Source of the DNA: a virus
IMG/VR virus record: IMGVR_UViG_3300045135_002242
Location: 31,790 to 95,789 of that record
Strand: one strand, 5' to 3'
Length of the DNA: 64,000 nucleotides
Below the pieces are notes generated by a model. It was given only the letters and a program-made list of their open reading frames with translations. It ran no database searches and was not told the origin of the DNA. Position 1 is the first letter of the stretch; every line of letters starts with the position of its first letter. Shown here piece by piece: positions 1 to 8,690 of the stretch. Both the position numbers and the translations under genes were made by a program.

Positions 1-738
1 TTAGGCATTCCTTACAAGCTTGCTTCAGACTTATTAAAAGATATCCCTGTTATTGACAAGAAAACTGCTCCTAGAGAAGGATTGCATTCATACCCTTTTA
101 CTGGGGTTACAGCAGAAAGAGTTGAAAAATTTTCTGAACAACAGAGTAAAGCTAAAACATATCTTTACTTGAAGTTGAATAAAACCACCCCGGTACTGAA
201 CGATAAAGTTAATTCCTTTTCTAGCTATCAGCAAGTATATAAAATTTTGCAAAATATTGTTTATATGCCTCCTGTGCGAGGTGTGCCTAAGAAATATCAA
301 GAATATGTAGAAAACCTAGATAACTGGGTAGATTACGAAACATTTATTAAAGACAAGGTAAAATCTCATACATTTAAAGCTTCAGTAGATGTTCGCTTTC
401 CCTTTATACCTAGGGAGGTACTAAATCACAATAATATCCTTCTTTACCCGCAAAAAGTTCAAAACTTTTACAGGAGTTACGAAAAATTTTCTGAGTATAC
501 AAAAGATAAAAAGTATATTGCTGATCCGGATGTAGAGCTATTTCTTAAAGCACTAGGGGGAACTTTTGAGTCTTTACCTATGGATGTTCAAAAAATTACA
601 GACGCCTTTAAGAAAGATTTTCCACTAACAAGTAAACTCCTTTTCAATTTAAGGTATAAATATAATGATGATTTAAACTTTTGTATAGATCTGGCTAAAC
701 TGGAAGACTATCATGCAACACATTCAACTGGACAATAA
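1..738 (+). CDS. 5'-truncated phage protein, possibly rIIA-like C-terminal part
   Basis: Frame is open from base 1 (LGIPYKLASDLL...), so the gene starts before the window. It precedes an rIIB-like N-terminus and N4-like phages usually carry rIIA/rIIB; the assignment is positional. Confidence 0.35.
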   Translation, partial: LGIPYKLASDLLKDIPVIDKKTAPREGLHSYPFTGVTAERVEKFSEQQSKAKTYLYLKLNKTTPVLNDKVNSFSSYQQVYKILQNIVYMPPVRGVPKKYQEYVENLDNWVDYETFIKDKVKSHTFKASVDVRFPFIPREVLNHNNILLYPQKVQNFYRSYEKFSEYTKDKKYIADPDVELFLKALGGTFESLPMDVQKITDAFKKDFPLTSKLLFNLRYKYNDDLNFCIDLAKLEDYHATHSTGQ

Positions 739-1087
739 TAGTTTTATTTTAAATATTAATGGGACTTTAACTACAATAACCCGTAAATCTTTTAACTTTA
801 ATAAAATTAGTAAGCTACTAAAAGAAGAAGCTCCAGAAGAAAATATTGTCCCCCTACTAAAAACTCCAGATCTTTCAAATGGTGTTTATGAAATCTATAT
901 TTTTCCGTCCACTGATGCCATTTTTTATAAACATTTCACTAAGGGCTCAACTACTCCCACAACTCTAACAGTTTTAGGAAACACAAAACAACATAGTTCT
1001 ATCCCTAAAGACTGGGAAAACTACTTTGTGGGTGTATATGCTTCTGAAGCAGATATTAAAGCAGATTGGCCTGAATACTTTTTATAA
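713..1087 (+). CDS. Small protein resembling the rIIB N-terminus, with C-terminal PE tag (WPEYFL)
   Basis: SFILNINGTLTTITRKSFNFNKISKLL resembles rIIB N-termini; only 124 aa; GGAAG RBS-like sequence upstream. Confidence 0.4.
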   Translation: MQHIQLDNNSFILNINGTLTTITRKSFNFNKISKLLKEEAPEENIVPLLKTPDLSNGVYEIYIFPSTDAIFYKHFTKGSTTPTTLTVLGNTKQHSSIPKDWENYFVGVYASEADIKADWPEYFL

Positions 1088-1098
1088 GGAGAAAAAAA

Positions 1099-1905
1099 AT
1101 ATACGATTACTTTAAATATAACAATGGTGAAGATATCACCAAGGGGGCTTTTCGTATTAGTGCTTCCCAAGTAAGCAAGTTTTTTGATACTACTGCACAG
1201 TGGTACCGAGAACATTTAATGGGAGAAACTGGTTTTACGGGAAGTACGGCTACCCATTTAGGGTCTGCTGTACATACAGGGATTGAAATGTATGTACGAG
1301 AAGGAACAGTAAATTATAAAGTTATTAATGACCATGTAAATGCTATTACAGATGTAGAGATTGATAAAACTCACATTTTAAAGCAATATGGTCCTATGCT
1401 AGAAGCTGTTCTTCCTTTTGTGGAAGCAAATAAGCCTACTGAGGTAGAAAAATTTGTCTTTCATGAAATCCTGCCAGGAATCGGGGCCGGTGGCAGCATT
1501 GATGCCTTAAGAAACGATACTATTATTGACTGGAAAACTACGGGAAGTAAATCGCCACCCACAAAATTTTCTAGAAACTATTGGTTTCAGCAGATGACTT
1601 ATGCTTGGGTGTTAAAACAACAAGGAATTAATATTAATTTCCTTAAGCTAGTTTTTATCACTCAAGAGGAAGTAAATAGAGTAAGCGAAAAAACAGGCAA
1701 GCCCCTAAAAGACTACCCCTCTGTTTACTCCGTAGTTACAGAAGAAGTTACAGAGGATAAGCTGGAACTAATTGGGTCCTGTTTAAAATTAATTGCAGAA
1801 TCAGTCCAGGCTTGGAACAATAACCCTGATCTGAGGTATTTACTCGCTCAAGATTACCGTCTTAAGCCAAAACCTAAACCAATTATATTTAATACAAGGA
1901 GGTAG
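1099..1905 (+). CDS. PD-(D/E)XK (Cas4/RecB-like) exonuclease, probably starting at ATA 1099
   Basis: GSAVH, GSIDAL...IIDWKT and QQMTYAW motifs. The typical N-terminal RISASQ motif lies upstream of ATG 1219; AAGGAG RBS at 1086-1091 precedes ATA 1099. Confidence 0.75.
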   Translation: MYDYFKYNNGEDITKGAFRISASQVSKFFDTTAQWYREHLMGETGFTGSTATHLGSAVHTGIEMYVREGTVNYKVINDHVNAITDVEIDKTHILKQYGPMLEAVLPFVEANKPTEVEKFVFHEILPGIGAGGSIDALRNDTIIDWKTTGSKSPPTKFSRNYWFQQMTYAWVLKQQGININFLKLVFITQEEVNRVSEKTGKPLKDYPSVYSVVTEEVTEDKLELIGSCLKLIAESVQAWNNNPDLRYLLAQDYRLKPKPKPIIFNTRR

Positions 1906-1907
1906 TA

Positions 1908-2309
1908 TTGTCTATTACTAAAGTAGCATTTGAAGACTTTGCCAAAAACCCTAAAAGCTATTACAAATCTAAAGTAGCTTTTCCTGAATATCCTATATTT
2001 GTTAACAGTAACGGAATGTTTACAAACTATTATATAAAAGTAGGCAAGCAAGGAAAACTTAACCTGTGCTATGGGCAAAATAAATCTTTTTACCTGTCTG
2101 GAGAGCTAGTCTTTTCTGCTGACCGTGGATTACTAAACAGACAAAAGGTTATTTTACCTACATTATCGTACTTAGGGAGACTACTCCCAAAAACTATAAA
2201 AATATACCAGGATAACTTAGAAACCTACAAAAAAACTTATGAAAACGCAAAAGCCAAACTGGCTACCATAGATAAGTTAAAAAATGACTACCCTGAGCTG
2301 ATACTTTAA
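1908..2309 (+). CDS. Hypothetical protein with C-terminal PE tag (YPELIL)
   Basis: AGGAGG RBS, TTG start, tightly packed in the operon. Confidence 0.7.
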   Translation: MSITKVAFEDFAKNPKSYYKSKVAFPEYPIFVNSNGMFTNYYIKVGKQGKLNLCYGQNKSFYLSGELVFSADRGLLNRQKVILPTLSYLGRLLPKTIKIYQDNLETYKKTYENAKAKLATIDKLKNDYPELIL

Positions 2310-2319
2310 AGGAGTATAG

Positions 2320-2982
2320 ATGTCAGTAAAACTACTAATTTCTGCCGAAGCAAATTCCGGCAAAACTACATTAACCCGCAACCTAAAAAACTCATTGGTT
2401 GTAAGCCATGACGGTAAACGATACCCATTTAAGGTTCCTCATGTTATGGTGCCCTCTTTTGACAATGTAGAAGAGCTTATTGCAACAGTAGTAGATAAAA
2501 TTGAAACTTATAAAAATAAGTTTAAGACCTACCCTGAAACAGTTGTGTTTGATTCAGTATCTAAAATTTTTGACACTATCCATTCTAACTGCAACGAAAA
2601 GTTCAAAGGCTTTACTATTTATAGCGAACTAGATAAGGAAATTACCAAACTAACCGGTTTTATCGAAAACTCTCTTATCGCTAGTGGAATGAATGTCGTA
2701 CTTATTTCTCATGCTCTGTATGACTCAGAAACTGCTAAGTATAGCCTTGTAGGAAAAGGTTCATTTAGCAAAAGAGGTGGGTTCCTTGCCGAGGTAGACG
2801 AATCAATCTTTATTGAGGTAAAGAGCAACAAACGTATTTTGCATTTCCGTTCTACTAAACTACCGGCAAGGACTCTTCAAGAAGACCTAGCAGACAGTAT
2901 GCCTATTGAGGATTTTAACCTCCAAGAGCATATTGAAGTTCTAGCAGCAACCACAAATGAAGTAGACGAATACGCACTTTAA
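2320..2982 (+). CDS. Sak4-like / AAA_24 P-loop ATPase (single-strand annealing)
   Basis: Walker A AEANSGKTT, Walker B VVFDS, VVLISH; adjacent to SSB and exonuclease. Confidence 0.8.
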   Translation: MSVKLLISAEANSGKTTLTRNLKNSLVVSHDGKRYPFKVPHVMVPSFDNVEELIATVVDKIETYKNKFKTYPETVVFDSVSKIFDTIHSNCNEKFKGFTIYSELDKEITKLTGFIENSLIASGMNVVLISHALYDSETAKYSLVGKGSFSKRGGFLAEVDESIFIEVKSNKRILHFRSTKLPARTLQEDLADSMPIEDFNLQEHIEVLAATTNEVDEYAL

Positions 2983-3010
2983 TCTATAAATTATAATATA
3001 AGGAAATCTT

Positions 3011-3685
3011 ATGAAACTAACCGTATCTAAAAAACCAGAAAACATTAAAGACACCGGCGGTGGTGGTTATATCAACAAGTCTGGTATTTATGACGTAGTA
3101 CTAAACTATGTTCAAGTAGCAGAAACCAAAAATGGTGCCTACCAGCTTAACTTTAACGTAACTAATGGGGGTATGAGCCAAACGCTGTATGGTCCTATCC
3201 TTATCAACAAAGACGGCAAGGCCAACGAAATTACTCAAAACCTTCTTAACCGTCTTTGTATTATTGCCGGTATGGACGACGGGCAAGAAATTGAAACCGA
3301 CACTGTAGAAATGCCTGTAGGTAAAGACCAAAAGCTTATGGAAATGGAAATTATCCCTGAACTTACTGAGCTTGCTGTTAAAATGCGTGTACAGATGGAG
3401 TACAGCCTTTGGCTTAACGAAATCCAAGAACGGAAAAGCATTAAGTCCTTTTATCGTGAGGATGGGGCTACGGCAGCAGAAGCAGAATCAGGAGAGAATA
3501 TCGGCAAACGTCTTGCTCTCGATGAAGAAAAGTATGCTTCTAATGTAACATACCGTGACGGGCTTACGGAAGAAGACGTTACAGCTTGGATCCAGCAACG
3601 GGCTAACGGCTCTAGTGGTAACACAAAGCCTGCTGCAGCAAACCCCACTAAAACTAATACCAAACGCCCTCTTTTTGGCAAATAA
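3011..3685 (+). CDS. Single-stranded DNA-binding protein (phage type)
   Basis: GGGYINKSGIYDV N-terminus, flexible C-terminal tail ending RPLFGK, position after the Sak4-like gene as in N4-like phages. Confidence 0.7.
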   Translation: MKLTVSKKPENIKDTGGGGYINKSGIYDVVLNYVQVAETKNGAYQLNFNVTNGGMSQTLYGPILINKDGKANEITQNLLNRLCIIAGMDDGQEIETDTVEMPVGKDQKLMEMEIIPELTELAVKMRVQMEYSLWLNEIQERKSIKSFYREDGATAAEAESGENIGKRLALDEEKYASNVTYRDGLTEEDVTAWIQQRANGSSGNTKPAAANPTKTNTKRPLFGK

Positions 3686-3696
3686 GGTAGGGTATC

Positions 3697-4851
3697 ATGG
3701 CTGTAAAAGTAACTGATGAAGCGCTAGCACAGCTGTGTGTTGATCATAATTATGACATTCCTTTGATTGTAGAGTCCCTTAAAGTAGCTTATCCAAATTA
3801 TAGCGTAAGACCTAATAGAGTCGTAGAACGTATTAACAAGATGCGGAAAAAAGGAGTTCTTCCTTTAGACTCAGGTAACTATGTTAGTAGTGGAGAAGTG
3901 CTTAAAGGGTCCTCTACTCTTTATGATGAACAAGGGAACGTCAAACTCCAATGGGTAAAAACTGACGTAGAAAAAAAGAATCAGCTTAATGTTTTAAAAG
4001 AACTAGTTGACTCTTATGTAGAAGAACTGCCACAGTTTGAGAAGAAGCCGTATACTCTTACATATGCTTCAAAAGACTTAATGGCAGTCTACCCTTTGGG
4101 GGATCCTCATATCGGCATGAAAGCATACAAAGACGAAGCAGGCAGTAATTGGGACCTAAAGGCCTCCCAAGAAGTGTTTTGCGGGGTTTTTGACAGACTA
4201 GTAAATACTGCACCAGCATGTGAACAAGCAGTAATTGTAAATCTAGGGGACTATTTCCATAGAGATAACGTCCAAGGCGTCACAGAAAGACATAGACATG
4301 CTCTAGACACTGATGGTAACTACATGATGATGGTAGATACCGGCCTTAAGATTATGATTCAAATGATTAACTCTGCACTACAACGACACAATAGCGTAAA
4401 AGTTATTAACATGCTAGGTAACCATGATGATACAGGGGCTATGTTTTTGCAAGCTGCTCTGAAGCACATGTATGAAAAAGAGCCAAGACTGCAAGTAGAG
4501 TGCACTAGCTCTGTTTACCAGTATTTTCAACATGGATCTTCTTTTTTTGGGGTACACCACGGACACACCTGTAAACCCGACAAACTCCCGCTAGTTATGG
4601 CTACTGATAAGCCTAAGGAGTGGGGAACTTCAAAGCATCGTTATTGGATTACTGGACATATTCACCATGATACTCGTAAAGAGTACTCAGGGTGTACAGT
4701 AGAGTCTTTTAGGACCTTAGCAGGTAAAGATGCTTATGCCTACTCCGGTGGCTACAGGGCAGGACAAGATAGTAAAGCACTAGTTATCCATAAAGATTTT
4801 GGAGAGGTGGAGCGGCATACTATTAACATTTCTCAAGTATTAAAACAATAA
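3697..4851 (+). CDS. Calcineurin-like metallophosphoesterase with N-terminal extension
   Basis: GDPHIG, NLGDYFH, GNHD, HHGH and GHIHH motifs. Confidence 0.85.
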   Translation: MAVKVTDEALAQLCVDHNYDIPLIVESLKVAYPNYSVRPNRVVERINKMRKKGVLPLDSGNYVSSGEVLKGSSTLYDEQGNVKLQWVKTDVEKKNQLNVLKELVDSYVEELPQFEKKPYTLTYASKDLMAVYPLGDPHIGMKAYKDEAGSNWDLKASQEVFCGVFDRLVNTAPACEQAVIVNLGDYFHRDNVQGVTERHRHALDTDGNYMMMVDTGLKIMIQMINSALQRHNSVKVINMLGNHDDTGAMFLQAALKHMYEKEPRLQVECTSSVYQYFQHGSSFFGVHHGHTCKPDKLPLVMATDKPKEWGTSKHRYWITGHIHHDTRKEYSGCTVESFRTLAGKDAYAYSGGYRAGQDSKALVIHKDFGEVERHTINISQVLKQ

Positions 4852-4873
4852 GCACTTTTATAAGTGCTTATTA
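4848..4873. repeat. 11-bp inverted repeat (hairpin or operator)
   Basis: AATAAGCACTT-TTAT-AAGTGCTTATT at the gene junction. Confidence 0.55.
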
Positions 4874-4888
4874 CTTACAGAGGGTCTT

Positions 4889-5536
4889 ATGAATTACTTT
4901 AAAAAAAGAAATATTAATACTGTTATAGATACTCTTCTTGATCACTTAGGGTTTTCAGATTGGTTTATTTCAGGGAGTTTTGCAAACAATCGTATGCGTA
5001 ACCCCTCTGACATTGATATTTATTTTTATACAAAAAAAGGTTACCAAAACGCCACTAGAAATTTGCAGAATAGTACTATTAGCGTATATATGGTAACCCC
5101 CAACGCTAGCAGCTTTATACTTAAAGGTTTAAAGCTACCGGTACAACTTGTTGCTAAGCATTTTGGTACTCCACAAGAAATTTTTAATACTATGGATATC
5201 AATGTATGCAAACAGGCTATTTTATCTGATAAAACTCTAGTACAAGATCCTTCAAGCCACTTTCCTGTAACTTTAAACAAGCCTTCCTACGGCTCTTTTT
5301 CTAGGTATTTTTACTACTTAGATAATTACTACTCCCCCGTAGAGCATTATAAAAAGTCAAAAATTCTTATTTCTAAATATATTACAGATAGTACCCTACT
5401 TTCCCACTATTACAAGGGAGAAGTTAACCACAAACCTACTAACCAATGTCTGTACGAAGCTGCTTTAAAACGGCCTGAGTTATGCTCTTTAATCAAACAA
5501 CAAACTTTATTACATGCTCCAGAGCTATTACTATGA
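4889..5536 (+). CDS. Nucleotidyltransferase-fold protein with C-terminal PE tag (APELLL)
   Basis: ISGSFA...SDIDIYF (GS...DxD) pol-beta signature, followed by VQLV...MDINVC. Confidence 0.65.
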   Translation: MNYFKKRNINTVIDTLLDHLGFSDWFISGSFANNRMRNPSDIDIYFYTKKGYQNATRNLQNSTISVYMVTPNASSFILKGLKLPVQLVAKHFGTPQEIFNTMDINVCKQAILSDKTLVQDPSSHFPVTLNKPSYGSFSRYFYYLDNYYSPVEHYKKSKILISKYITDSTLLSHYYKGEVNHKPTNQCLYEAALKRPELCSLIKQQTLLHAPELLL

Positions 5537-5592
5537 ATTTAACTGAAGAACAACAATGTTGTTATTGTTCTTCTTTTAAATTTGTAGTATAA
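5533..5592 (+). pseudogene. Orphaned original 5' end of the helicase gene (MNLTEEQQ...)
   Basis: Matches helicase start SLNLTKEQQ at 6364; ATG is coupled to the upstream stop; frame closes after 19 codons. Confidence 0.7.
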
Positions 5593-5593
5593 T
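5565..5593 (+). promoter_or_regulatory. sigma70-type promoter of the homing endonuclease
   Basis: TTGTTC-17 nt-TATAAT. Confidence 0.6.
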
Positions 5594-5615
5594 TACAATA
5601 AATTACAGGAACTAC

Positions 5616-6383
5616 ATGAAAAAATTAACACAATCAGAATTTATTGTAAATGCAACAAGTAAACACGGAAGCCTGTACGATTATACAAAAACTAGATATA
5701 TCACTAGCCGTGACTTTATAACCATTACTTGTAATACTTGTTTTAAAGATTTTAATATTAAAGCTAATAACCATTTAAACGGCCAAGGATGTAAATACTG
5801 TGCCGCAGCTAGAACAGCAAGCAAACTTGCGCGAACTTTCGAAGATTTTAAAAAAGAAGCCAGTAAAGTACACAATAGTAAGTATAGCTATGTTGATACT
5901 ACATTAAAAAATAATAAGCAAAAAGTAATAGTAATATGCCCAAAACATGGAAAATTCCAACAAACAGTAAATCATCATTTACGTGGAAGAGGTTGTCCAT
6001 CTTGTGCTATAGATATAACAAAAGAAAAAAATCGTAATAAACAAAATGTATGGAGCTACTCTGGATGGGAAGCCCAAGGAGTATCTTCGAAATACTTTAA
6101 TGGTTTTACCCTTTATATCATAGAATGCTGGAAAGATAACGAGCGTTTTATAAAAATTGGTAAAACATTCATTAATATATCCAAACGATTTCAAGGTCAA
6201 TTACCATATGACTGGAAAGTAATCAAAACTATTACAGGCTCTGCCAGATATATAAGTGAGCTAGAATATGCGTTACATTCCTTAAACATTAACTATAAAT
6301 ATTCACCTAAAATAGCGTTTAAAGGCGATAGTGAATGTTTTTTACTAACTGAAAATTTACACTATGAGCCTAAACCTAACTAA
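5616..6383 (+). mobile_element. Free-standing homing endonuclease: two DUF723/Hef-like Zn-finger repeats plus a T5orf172/GIY-YIG-like nuclease domain
   Basis: Two repeats of H.S.Y.Y...I.C..(H)..F....NHL.G.GC..C; C-terminal LYII...KIGKT...RF...ELEYALH...GDSECF. Confidence 0.75.
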
Positions 6384-7794
6384 AGAACAACAAAACGTAG
6401 TTGATTTCATTACCAGCAACGACGAAAATAAGCTAATTTTAATTGACTCTGTAGCAGGCAGCGGTAAAACTACCCTACTTAGAGCTATTGCTAACACTAT
6501 TGATAACAAATCTGGTTTGTACTTAGCATACAATAAAGCTATTGCTACGGAGTCAGCTAAAAAATTCCCAAAAAACATTGAGTGTAGAACTACCCACTCT
6601 TTAGCTTATAGGGCTACTGTAAACTCCCTAGGGCTAAATGTAGGGTTTTTTGGTCCCAAACAAATTACAGACAAGATGTCTTATACTAATAAAACAGCTT
6701 TAGTAGAGGATATTAAAGAATACTGCCTATCTAGTTACCTTACTTATAAAAGCTTTGCAGATAATACAGGCAGGGCTAACACAAAACTAGTGAATAAGTA
6801 TCTGGGTAAAATGTTGAGTGGTGATATTGATTGTACTCATGACTTTTACCTCAAACAATATCATATCGGCCTAGCAACGGGGACAATTTCAATTCCTGAT
6901 TACCATCTGGCTATGCTTGATGAGGCGGGAGATTTAAACGAAGTCACACTAGAAATTTTTAAGCTTATTTCTGCAAAGTTAAAAGTTGTTGTGGGGGACC
7001 CCCACCAAAATATTTATACCTTTAACCATACAATTAACTGTTTTGAAAAATTAAAAGGGCAGGGTACTACTTTTAAGCTTTCTAAGTCTTTCAGGGTTCC
7101 GCAAGTTATTGCAAAATCTGTTGAAAAGTTTTGTAAAGCTTATCTAAACCCTGAAATGGAATTTGAAGGTATTGACAATTGTCCTACTGTTATCACTACT
7201 AGAGGTTATATTTCTCGCACTAACAGTGGCCTCATCAATAAACTAGTGGAGCTTAATAGGGATGGAACTCCTTATGGATTAGTACGTAAAGCGCAAGAAA
7301 TATTTAAAGTCCCTCTTATGGTGGCTGGTTTAAAGTATGAAGGTAAAATTTATGACCCAGCTTATAGGCATATCCAAGAAGACGTAGATGGCTGGTTTGA
7401 AAATACTAACAGCATCAAATCTCAACATCCTACTTTATTTGGGTACCTTAAAAGCAAATACCCTGATGACCTATCTTTAATTCAAGCAATTAACCTTATC
7501 TCAAAACATTCTAAATCTGGTATTTTTAATGCATATGCAGAAGCAAAGAAGCATGAAAACACTACTCAAGATTTTATGTTGTTGACAGCACACTCATCAA
7601 AAGGCTTAGAGTTTGATGAGGTAATTTTAGCTCCAGACATGAATATGTCAGTAGGAGAACTAATCGGTGAGCTACAACAAAACCCCGATAAGAAGTTAAA
7701 CACGTTTGAAAAAGAATCTTTAAACCTATACTATGTAGCCTGTACTAGGGCCCTAGTTCGTTTAAGAAATGCAACTCATTTGGTAGGTTTGTAA
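6364..7794 (+). CDS. Superfamily 1 (UvrD/Rep-like) DNA helicase
   Basis: AGSGKTT, LAYNK, DEAGD, VGDPHQNIY, SFR, TAHSSKGLEFD, YYVACTRA. Confidence 0.9.
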   Translation: MSLNLTKEQQNVVDFITSNDENKLILIDSVAGSGKTTLLRAIANTIDNKSGLYLAYNKAIATESAKKFPKNIECRTTHSLAYRATVNSLGLNVGFFGPKQITDKMSYTNKTALVEDIKEYCLSSYLTYKSFADNTGRANTKLVNKYLGKMLSGDIDCTHDFYLKQYHIGLATGTISIPDYHLAMLDEAGDLNEVTLEIFKLISAKLKVVVGDPHQNIYTFNHTINCFEKLKGQGTTFKLSKSFRVPQVIAKSVEKFCKAYLNPEMEFEGIDNCPTVITTRGYISRTNSGLINKLVELNRDGTPYGLVRKAQEIFKVPLMVAGLKYEGKIYDPAYRHIQEDVDGWFENTNSIKSQHPTLFGYLKSKYPDDLSLIQAINLISKHSKSGIFNAYAEAKKHENTTQDFMLLTAHSSKGLEFDEVILAPDMNMSVGELIGELQQNPDKKLNTFEKESLNLYYVACTRALVRLRNATHLVGL

Positions 7795-8456
7795 TGAAAA
7801 TACCCCGCAGTATAGACGTCAAATATGAATATACTAACGATCCGTGTAAAGCTAGTTGTTGGTTACAAGATATTCCTGATACTTTTGCTGCAGACTTAGA
7901 AACAGCTATTAGGTATTCCCAAGAGGAGGTAAAAGAAGCTAAGCTTAAAGCTGCTGATACTTCTTTACCTAAAAAAGAGCAAATCTATAACCAATCTATT
8001 GCTAATGCTACCGCCTTAGGGCATCCATATCACTGTACTATTACCCATTGCAGTATTGCTAGTGAGGAGGACTTTGGCAGAGTTTTTATTATTGATAGTC
8101 AAGATATTGCTGATGTAGTATTAGATTTTTTAACTACTACAGACAAAACCCAAGTATGGCATAGATACGCCTATGATGGCAGGTTTATTAAATACTATGG
8201 TGGACAGCAGCCAAAAAATGTACAAGATACTCAAATATTTGCTAAAACATTAGTTAATCACGTAGAAGTTTTTAAAGCTTCTACCGGTCTTAAAGACTTA
8301 GCAGGAGCTTGGTACGGAGACTGGGGCATATCCTCTGAGCACTTTACTTTAGAGCAGCAGTATGAGCCTAAAGTAATTAAGTATGCGGCTATCGATGCTT
8401 GCGCAACTTTTAAGCTATGGAGATACCTTAATGAATTCATCGGAAAAACCTCTTGA
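7794..8456 (+). CDS. 3'-5' exonuclease subunit of a split family-A DNA polymerase
   Basis: ExoI DLET, ExoII H..AYD, DTQI, ExoIII YAAID. Confidence 0.8.
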   Translation: MKIPRSIDVKYEYTNDPCKASCWLQDIPDTFAADLETAIRYSQEEVKEAKLKAADTSLPKKEQIYNQSIANATALGHPYHCTITHCSIASEEDFGRVFIIDSQDIADVVLDFLTTTDKTQVWHRYAYDGRFIKYYGGQQPKNVQDTQIFAKTLVNHVEVFKASTGLKDLAGAWYGDWGISSEHFTLEQQYEPKVIKYAAIDACATFKLWRYLNEFIGKTS

Positions 8457-8682
8457 GATTTTTGATCAAACTCACTACGATAACACTTTTTATTTTTGTG
8501 AAAAAGATCACCCTTTTATCGCATTTACTACGGTTTTTTGCCCTTGTTGTCTACTTCATCAATCCAATGCTACTGCTACAGCTGAGCTAGAAGAGGCAGA
8601 ACAGATGTACGAAGATACTTTAGAACGGTTAGAAGAGTTAACTATCAAAGCAAAAAACACAGCACCTGAGATATTAGTATAA
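8431..8682 (+). CDS. Small Cys/His plus coiled-coil protein with C-terminal PE tag (APEILV)
   Basis: GGAG RBS before ATG 8431; CEKDH...CPCC motif; acidic helix. Confidence 0.6.
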   Translation: MNSSEKPLEIFDQTHYDNTFYFCEKDHPFIAFTTVFCPCCLLHQSNATATAELEEAEQMYEDTLERLEELTIKAKNTAPEILV

Positions 8683-8690
8683 GGAAAAAT

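Noticed and set aside
5537-6363. Group I intron around the Zn-finger endonuclease
   Set aside because: No P7 core or room for ribozyme sequence; the helicase has its own complete start.
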